Positions 18,541 to 30,239 of a stretch of DNA of 64,000 nucleotides are shown here, one piece after another (positions within the stretch are counted from its first letter, which is position 1; each line of letters begins with the position of its first letter). Both the position numbers and the translations under genes were made by a program. Under the pieces are notes generated by a model that was not told where the DNA came from, did not search any database, and saw nothing but the letters and a program-made list of their open reading frames with translations. Source of the stretch: Kiloniellales bacterium (GTDB lineage: Bacteria; Pseudomonadota; Alphaproteobacteria; Kiloniellales; JAKSDN01); the NCBI GenBank assembly GCA_041617155.1, contig JBFJPL010000004.1, positions 5,898 to 69,897 on the forward strand, given 5' to 3'.

Positions 18541-19053
18541 ATGATAAGCGGAAACGGGACGTCAGATAGGGTGTACGGCGCTATATCACGACCGACCAGA
18601 CGTGTTTGCCGCGCCGCTCTCTTAGCGGCGGCGCTGGCCGCGCCGCTTTCCGCATGTTCCGGAAACATTCGGGTTCACGGCAACATGCCAGAGCCCGAGG
18701 CCATCGCGGAGATCCGGACCGGCACGTACGGTCGCGATGACGTCGCTCAATTGCTCGGTTCGCCGTCGGCGGTGTCGACCTTCGAAGATGCCCGCTGGTA
18801 CTACATCGGGCAAAAAACCAGGCAGTTGGCGTTCCTGAAGCCCGACATCTTGGAGCGCCGCGTCCTCGTGGTGTCGTTCGACGGCAATGGCCGAGTCAAC
18901 GATACCCGCACCTTCACCCTGGAGGACGGCCGCGTGATCGACCCGGTCAGCCGGGAAACCCCGACCGAGGGCCGAGAGCAGACCCTGTTGCAGCAACTGT
19001 TCGGCAATATCGGCCGATTCCCGGCGGAAACCCTGCAAAACCAGCGGCGTTGA
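18541..19053 (+). CDS. bamE: Outer membrane protein assembly factor BamE (SmpA/OmlA)
   Basis: Lipobox APLSAC, then HGNMPEPEAIAEIRTGTYGRDDVAQLLGSPS...RWYYI typical of BamE. Confidence 0.8.
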   Translation: MISGNGTSDRVYGAISRPTRRVCRAALLAAALAAPLSACSGNIRVHGNMPEPEAIAEIRTGTYGRDDVAQLLGSPSAVSTFEDARWYYIGQKTRQLAFLKPDILERRVLVVSFDGNGRVNDTRTFTLEDGRVIDPVSRETPTEGREQTLLQQLFGNIGRFPAETLQNQRR

Positions 19054-19221
19054 TCAGACTGGCTCAACCACCGGGTTAACCTGTTTTTAGAGAATTTTCA
19101 GGCATTATTACTATGCATTTGCAGTATAGCAACGCATAAGCCGTCGACTTTTGGCTATTCGCCGAGTGATATACAGAAATTCAAGCGCCACCAACTAAGA
19201 AAGCGGGAAACATATTCTATT

Positions 19222-20766
19222 ATGAGCCAGCTACTGACGAAGATTCCATTCGATTCCGAATTTTTTCAGATAGCCGCTTTCTATTTAGCCGTGTATGGAT
19301 CAGTACTATACATATATCATCGCACTTTCCGGAGTAACTGGAGCAAGTTTCACGCGATTCTGAAAGGCACCGGCTTTGTCGTCCTGATCGCCCTGCCGAT
19401 CTATGGATTCAGTATCCTCGACGCCAGCCAGTTGCTGCTGCGGGGCCGTGATCTCGGTGGCGCTCGTGTTCACCTGACGGTTGATCCACCGGAAGGCGCC
19501 ATGCTTCCCGGCAGCGCATGCGGCGTCCTATGTCAGGAACTGCTGCTGGAAGACCACATCGGCTTTGCCGAAACCCTGCAAACGGACCGCCACACACCGC
19601 TCGGCAGCGGGCCGATAGTGCGCTACGAAAAGCAGACGGACAGCGCGGCCTGCGACGTTGCCCCCGACCCGATCGATGCGGCAAACACTCGGGGGCCGAC
19701 AACCAGTGGCCTTGTGTCCCTCAAGCAGGGCTTTCGCGCCGCCGTCGCGCTCGGCACCTGCATCACCTACCGGGTTGTCGAGGAACCCGAGGCGGCGGTC
19801 ACGGTGCGCAGCTGGCCGGACGACTGGCACAAGGCGCCGATCTACTTGAGCGAATCGCGCACCGAACATCACGAGATCTTCCTGCGTGGCGAGGGATTCG
19901 CGGTCAAACAGATGCTCGCCGAGAGCGAAGCGGCCTGGATCAGCGTGCTGGCTTTTCCACCGAGGATCAGGCGATCGGAAATGCCCGGGCGTGGCCTGAC
20001 TCTATCGACCAGACTGTCCTATGCCGCGCCGCCATTGGAGCAGCTGATCAACCGGACCCTGTCGCTCGAACTCAATGGCCGCTTCGATGTCCCCGCCACG
20101 GCGATGCCGCAGCTGATTGCGGCACTGGATCATGGCGAACCCGCGGTCCGATCGGCGCTGGCCAAGGCTATCGGCGGGCACGGTCCGGCGGCGGTCGGCG
20201 CGGCACCGGGTTTGATCGAGCTGTTGGCCGACGCGGATCAAGCCGTCGCCGATGAAGCCCGCGCCGCCCTCGGGCGAATCGGACCCGCGGCGGTTGCGCC
20301 GTTGACCCGGGCGCTCAGCCACTCGAGTGGCCAGGTCCGGGTCGGCGCGGCCCGGGCTCTGGGCGCGATCGGACCGGAGGCCCGGGCAGCCGGGCCGGCC
20401 CTGGCGAAGCTGCTCGGGAGCCGAGACGGCCCGCAGCCTGCCGTCGCCGCCTGGGCGCTCGGCCAGCTCGGCTGGACCCAGGCCGTGCCCGCGCTTCTGG
20501 CCGCTTTGGAGAGTTCGGAACGGGACCTGCGGGCGAGCGCCAAGTTCGCCCTCGCCCGCATGGGCGAGGCCGCCGTGCCGGGGCTGATGGCCAAGCTCGA
20601 CCACGAGGACCTGGGCGTCCGGGTGCACGCGGTCGAGGCCCTGGGCGCGATCGGCCCGGCCGCCGAGGAGGCCCTGTCGGCGCTCAGGGCCGGCATGGGC
20701 AGCACGACGGCGCTCAACTACCAGTGGGCGATTGAGCAGATCGAAGGCCAGCCGGCGGCCCGTTGA
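19222..20766 (+). CDS. Membrane-anchored HEAT-repeat (PBS-lyase-type) protein, hypothetical
   Basis: Two N-terminal TM helices and an unassigned domain of about 230 aa. The C-terminal part has about 6 repeats of the form VRxxAAxALGxIGPxA. The first 40 or so codons and the upstream region are AT-rich. Confidence 0.7.
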   Translation: MSQLLTKIPFDSEFFQIAAFYLAVYGSVLYIYHRTFRSNWSKFHAILKGTGFVVLIALPIYGFSILDASQLLLRGRDLGGARVHLTVDPPEGAMLPGSACGVLCQELLLEDHIGFAETLQTDRHTPLGSGPIVRYEKQTDSAACDVAPDPIDAANTRGPTTSGLVSLKQGFRAAVALGTCITYRVVEEPEAAVTVRSWPDDWHKAPIYLSESRTEHHEIFLRGEGFAVKQMLAESEAAWISVLAFPPRIRRSEMPGRGLTLSTRLSYAAPPLEQLINRTLSLELNGRFDVPATAMPQLIAALDHGEPAVRSALAKAIGGHGPAAVGAAPGLIELLADADQAVADEARAALGRIGPAAVAPLTRALSHSSGQVRVGAARALGAIGPEARAAGPALAKLLGSRDGPQPAVAAWALGQLGWTQAVPALLAALESSERDLRASAKFALARMGEAAVPGLMAKLDHEDLGVRVHAVEALGAIGPAAEEALSALRAGMGSTTALNYQWAIEQIEGQPAAR

Positions 20767-20804
20767 ACCGGCCGGAAGGCCTCGATTCCGGTAGGCAAAA
20801 GGGT

Positions 20805-20832
20805 CGCCCCACCGTCGTCACACGGTGGGGCG
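20805..20832. terminator. Hairpin between convergent HEAT-repeat gene and hppA
   Basis: cgccccaccg-tcgtcaca-cggtggggcg has a 10-bp perfect stem and is followed by attgtcattt. Confidence 0.6.
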
Positions 20833-20854
20833 ATTGTCATTTAGATACCGCCGC

Positions 20855-22954
<2,100 letters not shown>

Positions 22955-23117
22955 GTGGAATTTTCCTTGATCGAAAAGCCGGCGAGAGGAACACCGGCTG
23001 AAGACTCCCCCCTGGACCTTTGAGCGTCCGGGAAATGCGCGCGGAAAATGCCAGACTCGACCGGCGAAGGCAACCGCCAGAGTCGAACGCGTGAAAGTAA
23101 AATTCAGGCCCTTGGTT

Positions 23118-24302
23118 TCAGGTCGCCAGCGAGGTCCTGCGCCGACCGAGCCAAAGCACGGAGCAGAAGCACAGCAGCACGGGCAACACCACGGTGAGGT
23201 TGACGATTTCCCAATCGAAGGCGTTGAACAGCGCGCCCGACAGCAAGGCGGTGCAGGCGACCGTACCGAAAACCAGGAACTCGTTGAGCGCTTGGACCTT
23301 GGCCTTTTCCTCCGGCCGATAGCATTCGGTCAGCAACGTCGTGCCGCCGACGAACATGAAATTCCAGCCCAGGCCGAGCAGGACAAGGGCAATCCAGAAT
23401 TGGGCGACGTCAACGCCCCAGAGGTTGCTGGCGACACAGCCAAGCATCAACAACGTGCCCAACCCCAGGATCGGCACGGCGCCGAAACGCTTGATCAGGT
23501 GTCCGGTGAAGAACGACGGTGCATACATGCCAACGATATGCCACTGAATCACGAACGCGGCGGTGTCGAACGAATGCTGACAGGCGATCATCGCCAGCGG
23601 CGTCGTTGTCATCACCAGGTTCATCGAGCCGTATCCGACCATGGCGCAGAGCACGGCAACGACAAAGGACGGCTGCCGCGCGATCGCGCGCAGGGGCCGA
23701 CCGCTGTCTTGTCGTTCCGCCGCGCTCGGTCTCGGAATCTCGATGAATTGCAGGATGATCAGCGACAGCGCCGCCAGACCGGCAATGGACAGGTAGCAGC
23801 CGGCAAACAGAACCGGCGCGAAGAGGTCGCGCGACCACTTGGCGAGTTCCGGCCCGAGAAAGGCGGACAACAACCCACCTGCCAATACCAGGGAGATCGC
23901 CCGGCTTCGGAAGGCCGGGCTGGCGGTGTCGGCCGCGGCGAAGCGATAGAACTGGACGTGGGCCGAGAAGGCGCCAAACAGAATCGTGCTCACACAATAG
24001 AGCGCGAAGTCGCCGGCGAAGATCGCCCAGGCTCCGAGCAGGCCGGCGACGCAACCGAGGCCGGCCCCCAGGGTGAATCCGGCACGCCGGCCGAACCGCC
24101 GCATGAACAGGGACGCCGGGGCGGCGCTGGCCATCATGGCGAGGAACTGCAGTGCAAGCGGCAGGGTGATCAGATACCTGTCCGGTGCCAAGCTGCTGCC
24201 GATCAGGGCCGTGACCGACAGTACCAGCGCGGCGCAGCTCATGCCCAGAGCCTGGCACAAGGCCAGCAAGACCACGTTCTTGGCGGTCGGATCAGTCTGC
24301 AT
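23118..24302 (-). CDS. MFS transporter
   Basis: 394 aa with a 12-TM-like profile. [10 protein letters not shown] loop after TM2. Confidence 0.85.
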   Translation of the reverse strand: MQTDPTAKNVVLLALCQALGMSCAALVLSVTALIGSSLAPDRYLITLPLALQFLAMMASAAPASLFMRRFGRRAGFTLGAGLGCVAGLLGAWAIFAGDFALYCVSTILFGAFSAHVQFYRFAAADTASPAFRSRAISLVLAGGLLSAFLGPELAKWSRDLFAPVLFAGCYLSIAGLAALSLIILQFIEIPRPSAAERQDSGRPLRAIARQPSFVVAVLCAMVGYGSMNLVMTTTPLAMIACQHSFDTAAFVIQWHIVGMYAPSFFTGHLIKRFGAVPILGLGTLLMLGCVASNLWGVDVAQFWIALVLLGLGWNFMFVGGTTLLTECYRPEEKAKVQALNEFLVFGTVACTALLSGALFNAFDWEIVNLTVVLPVLLCFCSVLWLGRRRTSLAT

Positions 24303-24368
24303 GCCACTGACAGTAGGCTATTTCAGCACGCGCAGGAACCCGCGTGAGCGGGCTCGCGACAGGGAGAT

Positions 24369-24809
24369 TCAACTTTGAGTCGGTTGCTGCCGGGCCAGCT
24401 CGGAGACCAGGACCTTGAGGATCGCGCCCCGGCCCATCAGGCGTTCGCCGACAATGAGAAGGCGTTTGCCCAGGTAGCCCTGCATATCTTCGTGCTCGCG
24501 GACATATCGCATCGCGAGCAGGCCATGCAACTCGGTGAAAAACGCATCGGTCAACTGCCGTTCCGCCAAGGTTATGTCGTCCACCGTGCCGGCCGGGACT
24601 TCGAGCGCGACCTTGAGCGTCAAGTGCTGGACGACCTTGCCTTCCTGGATCAGCGGCAGGACCATCGGCGTCAGCTCGACGAATTCGGGCGGCGGCGGTG
24701 CTTGCTCGACCGCGCGCGGCTGTTCGGGCGCACGGAGAATGAACCACCAAGCCGCCGCACCCGCGCCCAGCAGGAGCAAAATCGGAATGATGATAAAGAG
24801 TTGCCTCAT
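24369..24809 (-). CDS. FliL-like single-pass membrane protein
   Basis: N-terminal TM FIIIPILLLLGAGAAAWWF, then a domain resembling the flagellar basal-body-associated FliL family. No flagellar genes nearby. Confidence 0.55.
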   Translation of the reverse strand: MRQLFIIIPILLLLGAGAAAWWFILRAPEQPRAVEQAPPPPEFVELTPMVLPLIQEGKVVQHLTLKVALEVPAGTVDDITLAERQLTDAFFTELHGLLAMRYVREHEDMQGYLGKRLLIVGERLMGRGAILKVLVSELARQQPTQS

Positions 24810-25056
24810 TCTCGCGCGGTACCGCCGGACCCGGCGTCCCAACAAGACGCCCCAACCCACCTGTGTGCCAGACTCGCCGTGAACAAAGCGTAAAGTATTA
24901 GAAATGCGTCCCTTTTTTGCATGTTTTCGAGTGGCCGGGATGTCGGGTCAGCATGCTTTCTCCCCCGGTAGAAGGGCAAGCCTAGGATCCAAACCAGCGA
25001 CATGGGATAACAAATCGCCCCGGTGAATTGGGTCGACACTATTGGCCGTCGGTCTT

Positions 25057-26037
25057 CTAGAAATGCGTCCAGCCGGCGCGGGCGAGCGGAAGTTCGCGGC
25101 CGTCGGCGCCCAACACTGTTAGGCCCGTGCCTTCGCTCAGCCAGCCGATGCGGGTGAGCGGCAGGTCCAGGCGCTCGGCTAGGGCGGCGATTTCTGCGCC
25201 CCGCCCCGCCGCCGCCGTGAACAGCAGTTCGTAGTCGTCGCCGCCGGTGAGCAGTGTCTCGCGAAGCGACGGCCACGCGGCCAGCGCGGCGCGGGCCGGC
25301 TCGGACAGGGGCAATCGCTCGGCCTCGATCACACCGGCCAGGCCGGAGGTCGCCAGAATGTGGCCGAGATCGGCGGCCAGGCCGTCGGAGACGTCGATCG
25401 CCGCGTGGGCCAGGCCGCTTTCGACCAGCGCCCGGCCCAGGGCAAGGCGAGGCCGCGGCAGCCGGTAGCGATCGATCAGCGCCTCCCGCTGGCCGGCCGG
25501 AAGCGCCGGGGCGTTGCCGTTCAGCACTTGGAGGCCCAGGGCGCCGTCGCCGATCGTGCCGGAGACATAGACCTCGTCGCCGGCGCGCGCGGTCGACCGC
25601 TTGAGCGCCCGGCCCGCCGGCACGGCACCCAGGGCCATGAGCGAGAGGGTCAGTGGCCCGGGGGTCCGGGTCGTGTCACCGCCCAGAAGCACCACCTCGA
25701 AGGCCGTCTGATCGGCCGCCAGGCCGGCGGCGAAGGCGGCGATCCAGGTTTCTTCCGGCGAGCCTGGCCAGGCCACGGTCATCAGGTAGCCGAGCGGCCG
25801 GGCGCCCATGGCGGCCAGGTCGGAGAGGTTCACCCGCAACAGTTTGCGGGCCACCAGGCCGGGCGGATCGTCGGGAAAGAAGTGGACACCGCCGACCAGG
25901 GCGTCGGCGGTCAGCACCAGCTCGCAGCCGTCCGGCGGGGTGAGCAGCGCGGCATCGTCCTGCAATCCGAGTGCGCCTGGACAGTCAGCGGCGAGCGGCG
26001 CCAGATAGCGTTCGATCAGTTCGAACTCGCCCGGCAC
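25057..26037 (-). CDS. thiL: Thiamine-monophosphate kinase
   Basis: GEFELIERYLAPL, DDAALL, TADALVGGVHF, RKLLRVNLSDLAAMGA. Sits in the nusB-thiL arrangement. Confidence 0.9.
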   Translation of the reverse strand: MPGEFELIERYLAPLAADCPGALGLQDDAALLTPPDGCELVLTADALVGGVHFFPDDPPGLVARKLLRVNLSDLAAMGARPLGYLMTVAWPGSPEETWIAAFAAGLAADQTAFEVVLLGGDTTRTPGPLTLSLMALGAVPAGRALKRSTARAGDEVYVSGTIGDGALGLQVLNGNAPALPAGQREALIDRYRLPRPRLALGRALVESGLAHAAIDVSDGLAADLGHILATSGLAGVIEAERLPLSEPARAALAAWPSLRETLLTGGDDYELLFTAAAGRGAEIAALAERLDLPLTRIGWLSEGTGLTVLGADGRELPLARAGWTHF

Positions 26038-26042
26038 GGCGG

Positions 26043-26573
26043 TCAGCCGGCCGCCGGGGCGCCCGGCAGCGGAAGGTCCTGTGCGGCGTCGAACTCTTCC
26101 GGCCGCAGGCTATGGGCCATGCGGTCCAACACGCCGTTGGCCAGACCCGGCTCCTTGCCGGCGAAGAAGGCCTGCGCCAGCTTGACGTATTCCGTGATGA
26201 CGACCCGTGCGGGTATCTCCGGCAGATAGCCCAGCTCGTAGGCGCCGGCGCGCAGGATCAATTTGAGCAGGGTCTCCAGCCGTTCGACCGGCCAGCCCTC
26301 GGCCAGGACCGCGGAGAGCATGTCGTCGAGCAAGGCCGCTTCGCTTGCCACGCCGGCAACCAGCGTGGCCAGAAGCGCCGGATCGGCCTCGGCCAACTCG
26401 GCTTCATCGGGCTGCTCGGCCAGACGGTGCTCGATGAACTCCCGCACCACCGACTCCGGTGCGCCGCCGCCGAGCTCGATCTGATAGAGCGCCTGTACCG
26501 CGGCCAGACGGGCGGCGCTGCGCCGCTGCGCGTCGGACCCTTTGGCGGCAGAGGAACTGGCGGCCGGCATCAT
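26043..26573 (-). CDS. nusB: Transcription antitermination factor NusB
   Basis: RLAAVQALYQIEL...ILRAGAYEL...INEYV-like block (ITEYVKLA). Sits downstream of ribH. Confidence 0.9.
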   Translation of the reverse strand: MMPAASSSAAKGSDAQRRSAARLAAVQALYQIELGGGAPESVVREFIEHRLAEQPDEAELAEADPALLATLVAGVASEAALLDDMLSAVLAEGWPVERLETLLKLILRAGAYELGYLPEIPARVVITEYVKLAQAFFAGKEPGLANGVLDRMAHSLRPEEFDAAQDLPLPGAPAAG

Positions 26574-26579
26574 CGATTC

Positions 26580-27044
26580 CTAGCGGGGGAAGAGGTGGAA
26601 GCGGCGCTTGAATTCGACCATTTCCAGGCAGGTACGCGCCGCTTCGCCACCCTTGTTGCGCCCGGTCAGGCTGGCCCGTTCCTTGGCCTGGGTCTGGTTT
26701 TCGCAGGTCAGGATGCCGTAGCCCAGGGCCAAGGTGTAGTCGCAGGCCAGGTCCTGCAGCTTGCGCGCGCTTTCGCCGCAGACGTAGTCATAGTGGCTGG
26801 TCTCGCCGCGAATCACGCAGCCCAGGGCGATGTAGCCATCATAGCGCCGCCGGCCGCCGAAAAAATCCATCGAGCGGATCGCCATGCGGACTGCCGCCGG
26901 CACCTCGAAGGCGCCCGGCACGGTGACGGTTTCATGGCTCGCCCCCGCCTGCTCCAGCTCGGCCACGGCGCCGCGCACCAGTTCGTCGGCGATATCTTTG
27001 TAGAAGCAAGCCGCGACGATCAGGATATTGGGCTGCTCAGTCAT
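26580..27044 (-). CDS. ribH: 6,7-dimethyl-8-ribityllumazine synthase
   Basis: VPGAFEVP, ALGCVIRGETSHYDYV, NKGGEAA. Confidence 0.95.
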   Translation of the reverse strand: MTEQPNILIVAACFYKDIADELVRGAVAELEQAGASHETVTVPGAFEVPAAVRMAIRSMDFFGGRRRYDGYIALGCVIRGETSHYDYVCGESARKLQDLACDYTLALGYGILTCENQTQAKERASLTGRNKGGEAARTCLEMVEFKRRFHLFPR

Positions 27045-28185
27045 CGATCACCTCGATCGCGCGACGACCGACCACCCTGAGACCGTAGCCCTCGAGGCCG
27101 ACAATGGTGCGCTGAGTGTTGGACAAGAGGATCATGTCGGAAACCCCCAGGTCCAGGAGGATCTGCGCGCCGACCCCATAGTCGCGCAGTTCGGCGGGGC
27201 CGGACTGCCCGTCGTCCAATTGCGCGCGCACCCGGTCGGAAAGACTGGTCGGCGAGGGCTCGCGGATCAGCACCACGACGCCGCGGCCCGCCTTGGCGAT
27301 CATGCGCATGGCCTCGTAGAGTTCGCCGCCGGTGCTGCGCGCGCCGTGGCCGAGCACGTCGTTCAGCACGTTGAGCGCATGCATGCGCACCAGAACCGGT
27401 TCATCGCTCGAAATATCGCCCTTCCAGAGGGCAACATGCTCGGCGTAGGCGACCTTGTTGACGTAGACCGCCATGTTGAACTCGCCGCCGTAGCGGCTCG
27501 CGAAACTGGTCTCCAGAGTGCGCTCGACGATGCGGTCGTAGCGCCGCCGATAGGCGATCAGGTCGGCGATCGTGGCGATCTTCAGGCCGAGACGCTGGGC
27601 GAAGGCGATCAGGTCGTCGCGCCGGGCCATGGTACCGTCGTCGTTCATGATCTCGCAGATCACGCCGGCCGGGATCATGCCGGCGAGCCGGGCCAGATCG
27701 ACCGCGGCCTCGGTGTGGCCGGTGCGCGCCAAGACGCCGCCGTCGCGCGCGACCAGCGGGAACACGTGGCCCGGGGTGACGATATCCTGCTTGCCCTTGT
27801 TGGCGTCGATGGCGACCGCGATGGTGTGGGCGCGATCCGGCGCCGAGATCCCGGTGGTGATGCCATCGCGGGCCTCGATGCTGACCGTGAAGGCGGTCTG
27901 GTGCCGCGACTCGTTGTGCTGCGCCATGAGCGGCAGCTCGAGCTCCTTGACCCGCTCACGGGTCAGCGCCAGGCAGATCAGCCCGCGGCCGTGCTTGGCC
28001 ATGAAGTTGATCGCCTCGGGCGTCGCCATCTGGGCCGGAATCACCAGGTCGCCCTCGTTCTCGCGCTGCTCGTCGTCGACCAGGATGAACATGCGGCCGT
28101 TGCGCGCCTCCTCGATGACCTCCTCGATCGGCGAGAGCATCTCGTGGAAGGTTAGGCGCCAGGGTTCCTGCTGCGGCTTCGCCAT
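27037..28185 (-). CDS. ribBA: Bifunctional 3,4-dihydroxy-2-butanone-4-phosphate synthase / GTP cyclohydrolase II-like protein
   Basis: DDEQRENEGDLVIPA, RTGHTEAAVDLARLAG. The C-terminal half resembles cyclohydrolase II. 8-nt overlap with ribH. Confidence 0.9.
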   Translation of the reverse strand: MAKPQQEPWRLTFHEMLSPIEEVIEEARNGRMFILVDDEQRENEGDLVIPAQMATPEAINFMAKHGRGLICLALTRERVKELELPLMAQHNESRHQTAFTVSIEARDGITTGISAPDRAHTIAVAIDANKGKQDIVTPGHVFPLVARDGGVLARTGHTEAAVDLARLAGMIPAGVICEIMNDDGTMARRDDLIAFAQRLGLKIATIADLIAYRRRYDRIVERTLETSFASRYGGEFNMAVYVNKVAYAEHVALWKGDISSDEPVLVRMHALNVLNDVLGHGARSTGGELYEAMRMIAKAGRGVVVLIREPSPTSLSDRVRAQLDDGQSGPAELRDYGVGAQILLDLGVSDMILLSNTQRTIVGLEGYGLRVVGRRAIEVIDD

Positions 28186-28187
28186 GT

Positions 28188-28793
28188 CTAAGCGGACCTT
28201 TCCGTAAGCCGCTGAAGGTAGCGCGCCAGGAGGTCGATTTCCAGGTTCACGCGCGCGCCCGGCGCCAGGCCGCCGAAGCTGGTCTGCCGTGCCGTATGGG
28301 GGATGATGTTGACGCCGAAACGCACCGTGCCGTCCGGTTCGTCCTCGACCCGGTTGACGGTCAGGGAGACTCCGTCGAGGGCGACCGAGCCCTTGGCCGC
28401 GATGAACCCGGCGAGGGCCGCCGGCGCGCGCAGCGTGAAGCGCTGGGAATCGCCCTCGGGCGCGCGTTCAATCACCTCGGCCACGCCGTCCACATGGCCC
28501 GATACCAGATGCCCGTCCAGCTCGCCGCCCAGCCTCAGGGCCCGCTCCAGATTGACCGCGGTGCCGGGGCGCCAGTCGCCCAAGGTGGTGCAGGCCAGGG
28601 TCTCGGCCGAAACCTCGACCGCGAACCATCCCGGGCCCTTGTCGACCACCGTCAGGCAGGCCCCGGCGCAGGCGATCGAGGCGCCGACGGCGATATCGCC
28701 GGTATCGTAGGCGGTCTCCAGTACGAAGCGCGTGTCGCCGCGCCGCTCGACCTCCCGGACCCGGCCGAGATCCGTGATGATGCCTGTGAACAT
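28188..28793 (-). CDS. ribE: Riboflavin synthase alpha chain
   Basis: MFTGIITDLG, GASIACAGACLTV, SVALDGVSLTV (internal duplication). Confidence 0.95.
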   Translation of the reverse strand: MFTGIITDLGRVREVERRGDTRFVLETAYDTGDIAVGASIACAGACLTVVDKGPGWFAVEVSAETLACTTLGDWRPGTAVNLERALRLGGELDGHLVSGHVDGVAEVIERAPEGDSQRFTLRAPAALAGFIAAKGSVALDGVSLTVNRVEDEPDGTVRFGVNIIPHTARQTSFGGLAPGARVNLEIDLLARYLQRLTERSA

Positions 28794-28802
28794 GTCGGGA
28801 AC

Positions 28803-29128
28803 TTAGGCTAGACGCCGGTAGGTTTCCACCAAATCGTCGCCAGCCGGAACCGCCGTCGGCCGGGCGAAGAGTAGCTGGAGTCCGGTTGTCGTTCCTCTTG
28901 GCAGGAGCATCGAGCAGCGTTCCCTCTCCCCCTCGGGAGAGGGACAGGGTGAGGGCGGGTTGGTTTGCCGGATCGAAGACCGCTTCAGGTCCAGCATGGT
29001 CCGGCGCGGCCCGGCAATCGGCAAAACCACCCCCCGCCCTCACCCTGCCGATTCGCGGGCCCCTCTCTCTCCCAGTGGGAGAGGGCGCGTGGCGCGGTGA
29101 ATTGGGTCCCTATAGATGGCTTTGGGTA
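28803..29128. repeat. 326-bp insertion between ribD and ribE: relic copy of the ribD 3' end plus a foldback made of REP-like units
   Basis: 28803-28870 repeats 29129-29196, with a 26-nt identical core cggtaggtttccaccaaatcgtcgcc. Interior units at 28920-28959 and 29033-29089 belong to the family seen at 2098-2210. Long-range inverted repeat 28945-28970 / 29019-29047. Confidence 0.8.
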
Positions 29129-30226
29129 TCAGGTCACGCGGCGGTAGGTTTCCACCAAATCGTCGCCCGCCGGGACGGCCGCCTGCCGGGCGAAGCGGGG
29201 TGCCAGGTCGAGGCACTCAAGGCCCAGCTCCGCGACCGCCGGCAGGCCGTCGCCGCCGATTACCTTCGGCGCCCGAAACCAGATCAGCCGGTCCACCAGA
29301 TCCGCCCGCAGCAGGGCCGCCGCGATCTGGCCGCCGCCCTCGACCAAGAGTTCGTTCACGCCGCGCTTCGCCAGGGCCGCCAAGGTCGCCGGCAGCGACA
29401 GCCGGCCGGCCGCGTCGTCGGGCACCTCGATCAGCTCGACCCCGGCGGCGGCGTAGGCCGAGAGCCGCGCCGGATCGCCGCCCGCCCGGGTCACCAAGCA
29501 GGTCGCCTGAGCACCGGCCCGGGCCACCAGGTCGTGGGTCGTCGGCAGACGCAGCCGTCCGTCCAGAACCACCCTGAGCGGCGCGCGCGCCGCCAGCCCG
29601 GGTAGGCGCACGTCGAGCCGCGGGTCGTCGACCAGGGCCGTGCCGCCGCCGACCAGCACCGCGTCGCATTCGGCGCGCAGGCGATGCGCCCACTGGCGCG
29701 CGGCCGGCCCGGTGATCCAGCGGCTTTCGCCGCTGCCGGTGGCGATCCGGCCGTCCAGCGTGCTGGCTAGCTTCAGCGTGACCCGGGGGCGGCCCGAATC
29801 TTGGCGCAGCAGGTAGCCGGCGTTGAGCTCCGCCGCCTGGCTCGCCAGCAGACCCAGTTCGACCGCGATACCCGCCGCGCGCAGCATGTCCAGGCCCTTG
29901 CCGGCGACCCGAGGATCGGGGTCCTGCAACGCGACCACGCAGCGGGCGATCCGGCCGGCGGTCAGGGCCTTGGCGCACGGCGGTGTCTTGCCGTGATGGG
30001 CGCAGGGCTCCAGTGTGACATAGGCGGTGGCGCCCTCAGCCGCGGCGCCGGCCCGGCCGAGCGCCTCGGTCTCGGCATGGGGCCGGCCGCCGGGCTGGGT
30101 CCAGCCGCGGCCGATCACCCGGCCGGCCTTGACCAGAACGCAGCCGACCGCCGGATTGGGCGCGACCCGACCGACGGCCCGGCGCCCCAGCGCCAGCGCC
30201 GCGGCCATGTGGCCGCGGTCGGCCAT
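29129..30226 (-). CDS. ribD: Bifunctional riboflavin biosynthesis deaminase/reductase
   Basis: HAETEAL and TLEPCAHHGKTPPC (deaminase zinc site), plus a C-terminal reductase domain. ATG at 30226. The ORF extension to 30400 overlaps nrdR and is not credible. Confidence 0.9.
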   Translation of the reverse strand: MADRGHMAAALALGRRAVGRVAPNPAVGCVLVKAGRVIGRGWTQPGGRPHAETEALGRAGAAAEGATAYVTLEPCAHHGKTPPCAKALTAGRIARCVVALQDPDPRVAGKGLDMLRAAGIAVELGLLASQAAELNAGYLLRQDSGRPRVTLKLASTLDGRIATGSGESRWITGPAARQWAHRLRAECDAVLVGGGTALVDDPRLDVRLPGLAARAPLRVVLDGRLRLPTTHDLVARAGAQATCLVTRAGGDPARLSAYAAAGVELIEVPDDAAGRLSLPATLAALAKRGVNELLVEGGGQIAAALLRADLVDRLIWFRAPKVIGGDGLPAVAELGLECLDLAPRFARQAAVPAGDDLVETYRRVT

Positions 30227-30239
30227 GGGGTCGGCCGGT

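Noticed and set aside
28803-29030. 75-aa ORF ending in AVPAGDDLVETYRRLA.
   Set aside because: Only the last 20 or so codons are meaningful (a relic copy of the ribD C-terminus). The rest translates through repeat units, so it is treated as part of the insertion and not as a gene.
29088-29110. FMN (RFN) riboswitch suspected because of ggtgaattggg near the rib genes.
   Set aside because: The rib genes are on the minus strand, so the motif is in the wrong orientation. The remaining RFN core elements are absent and the region is built from REP-like repeats.
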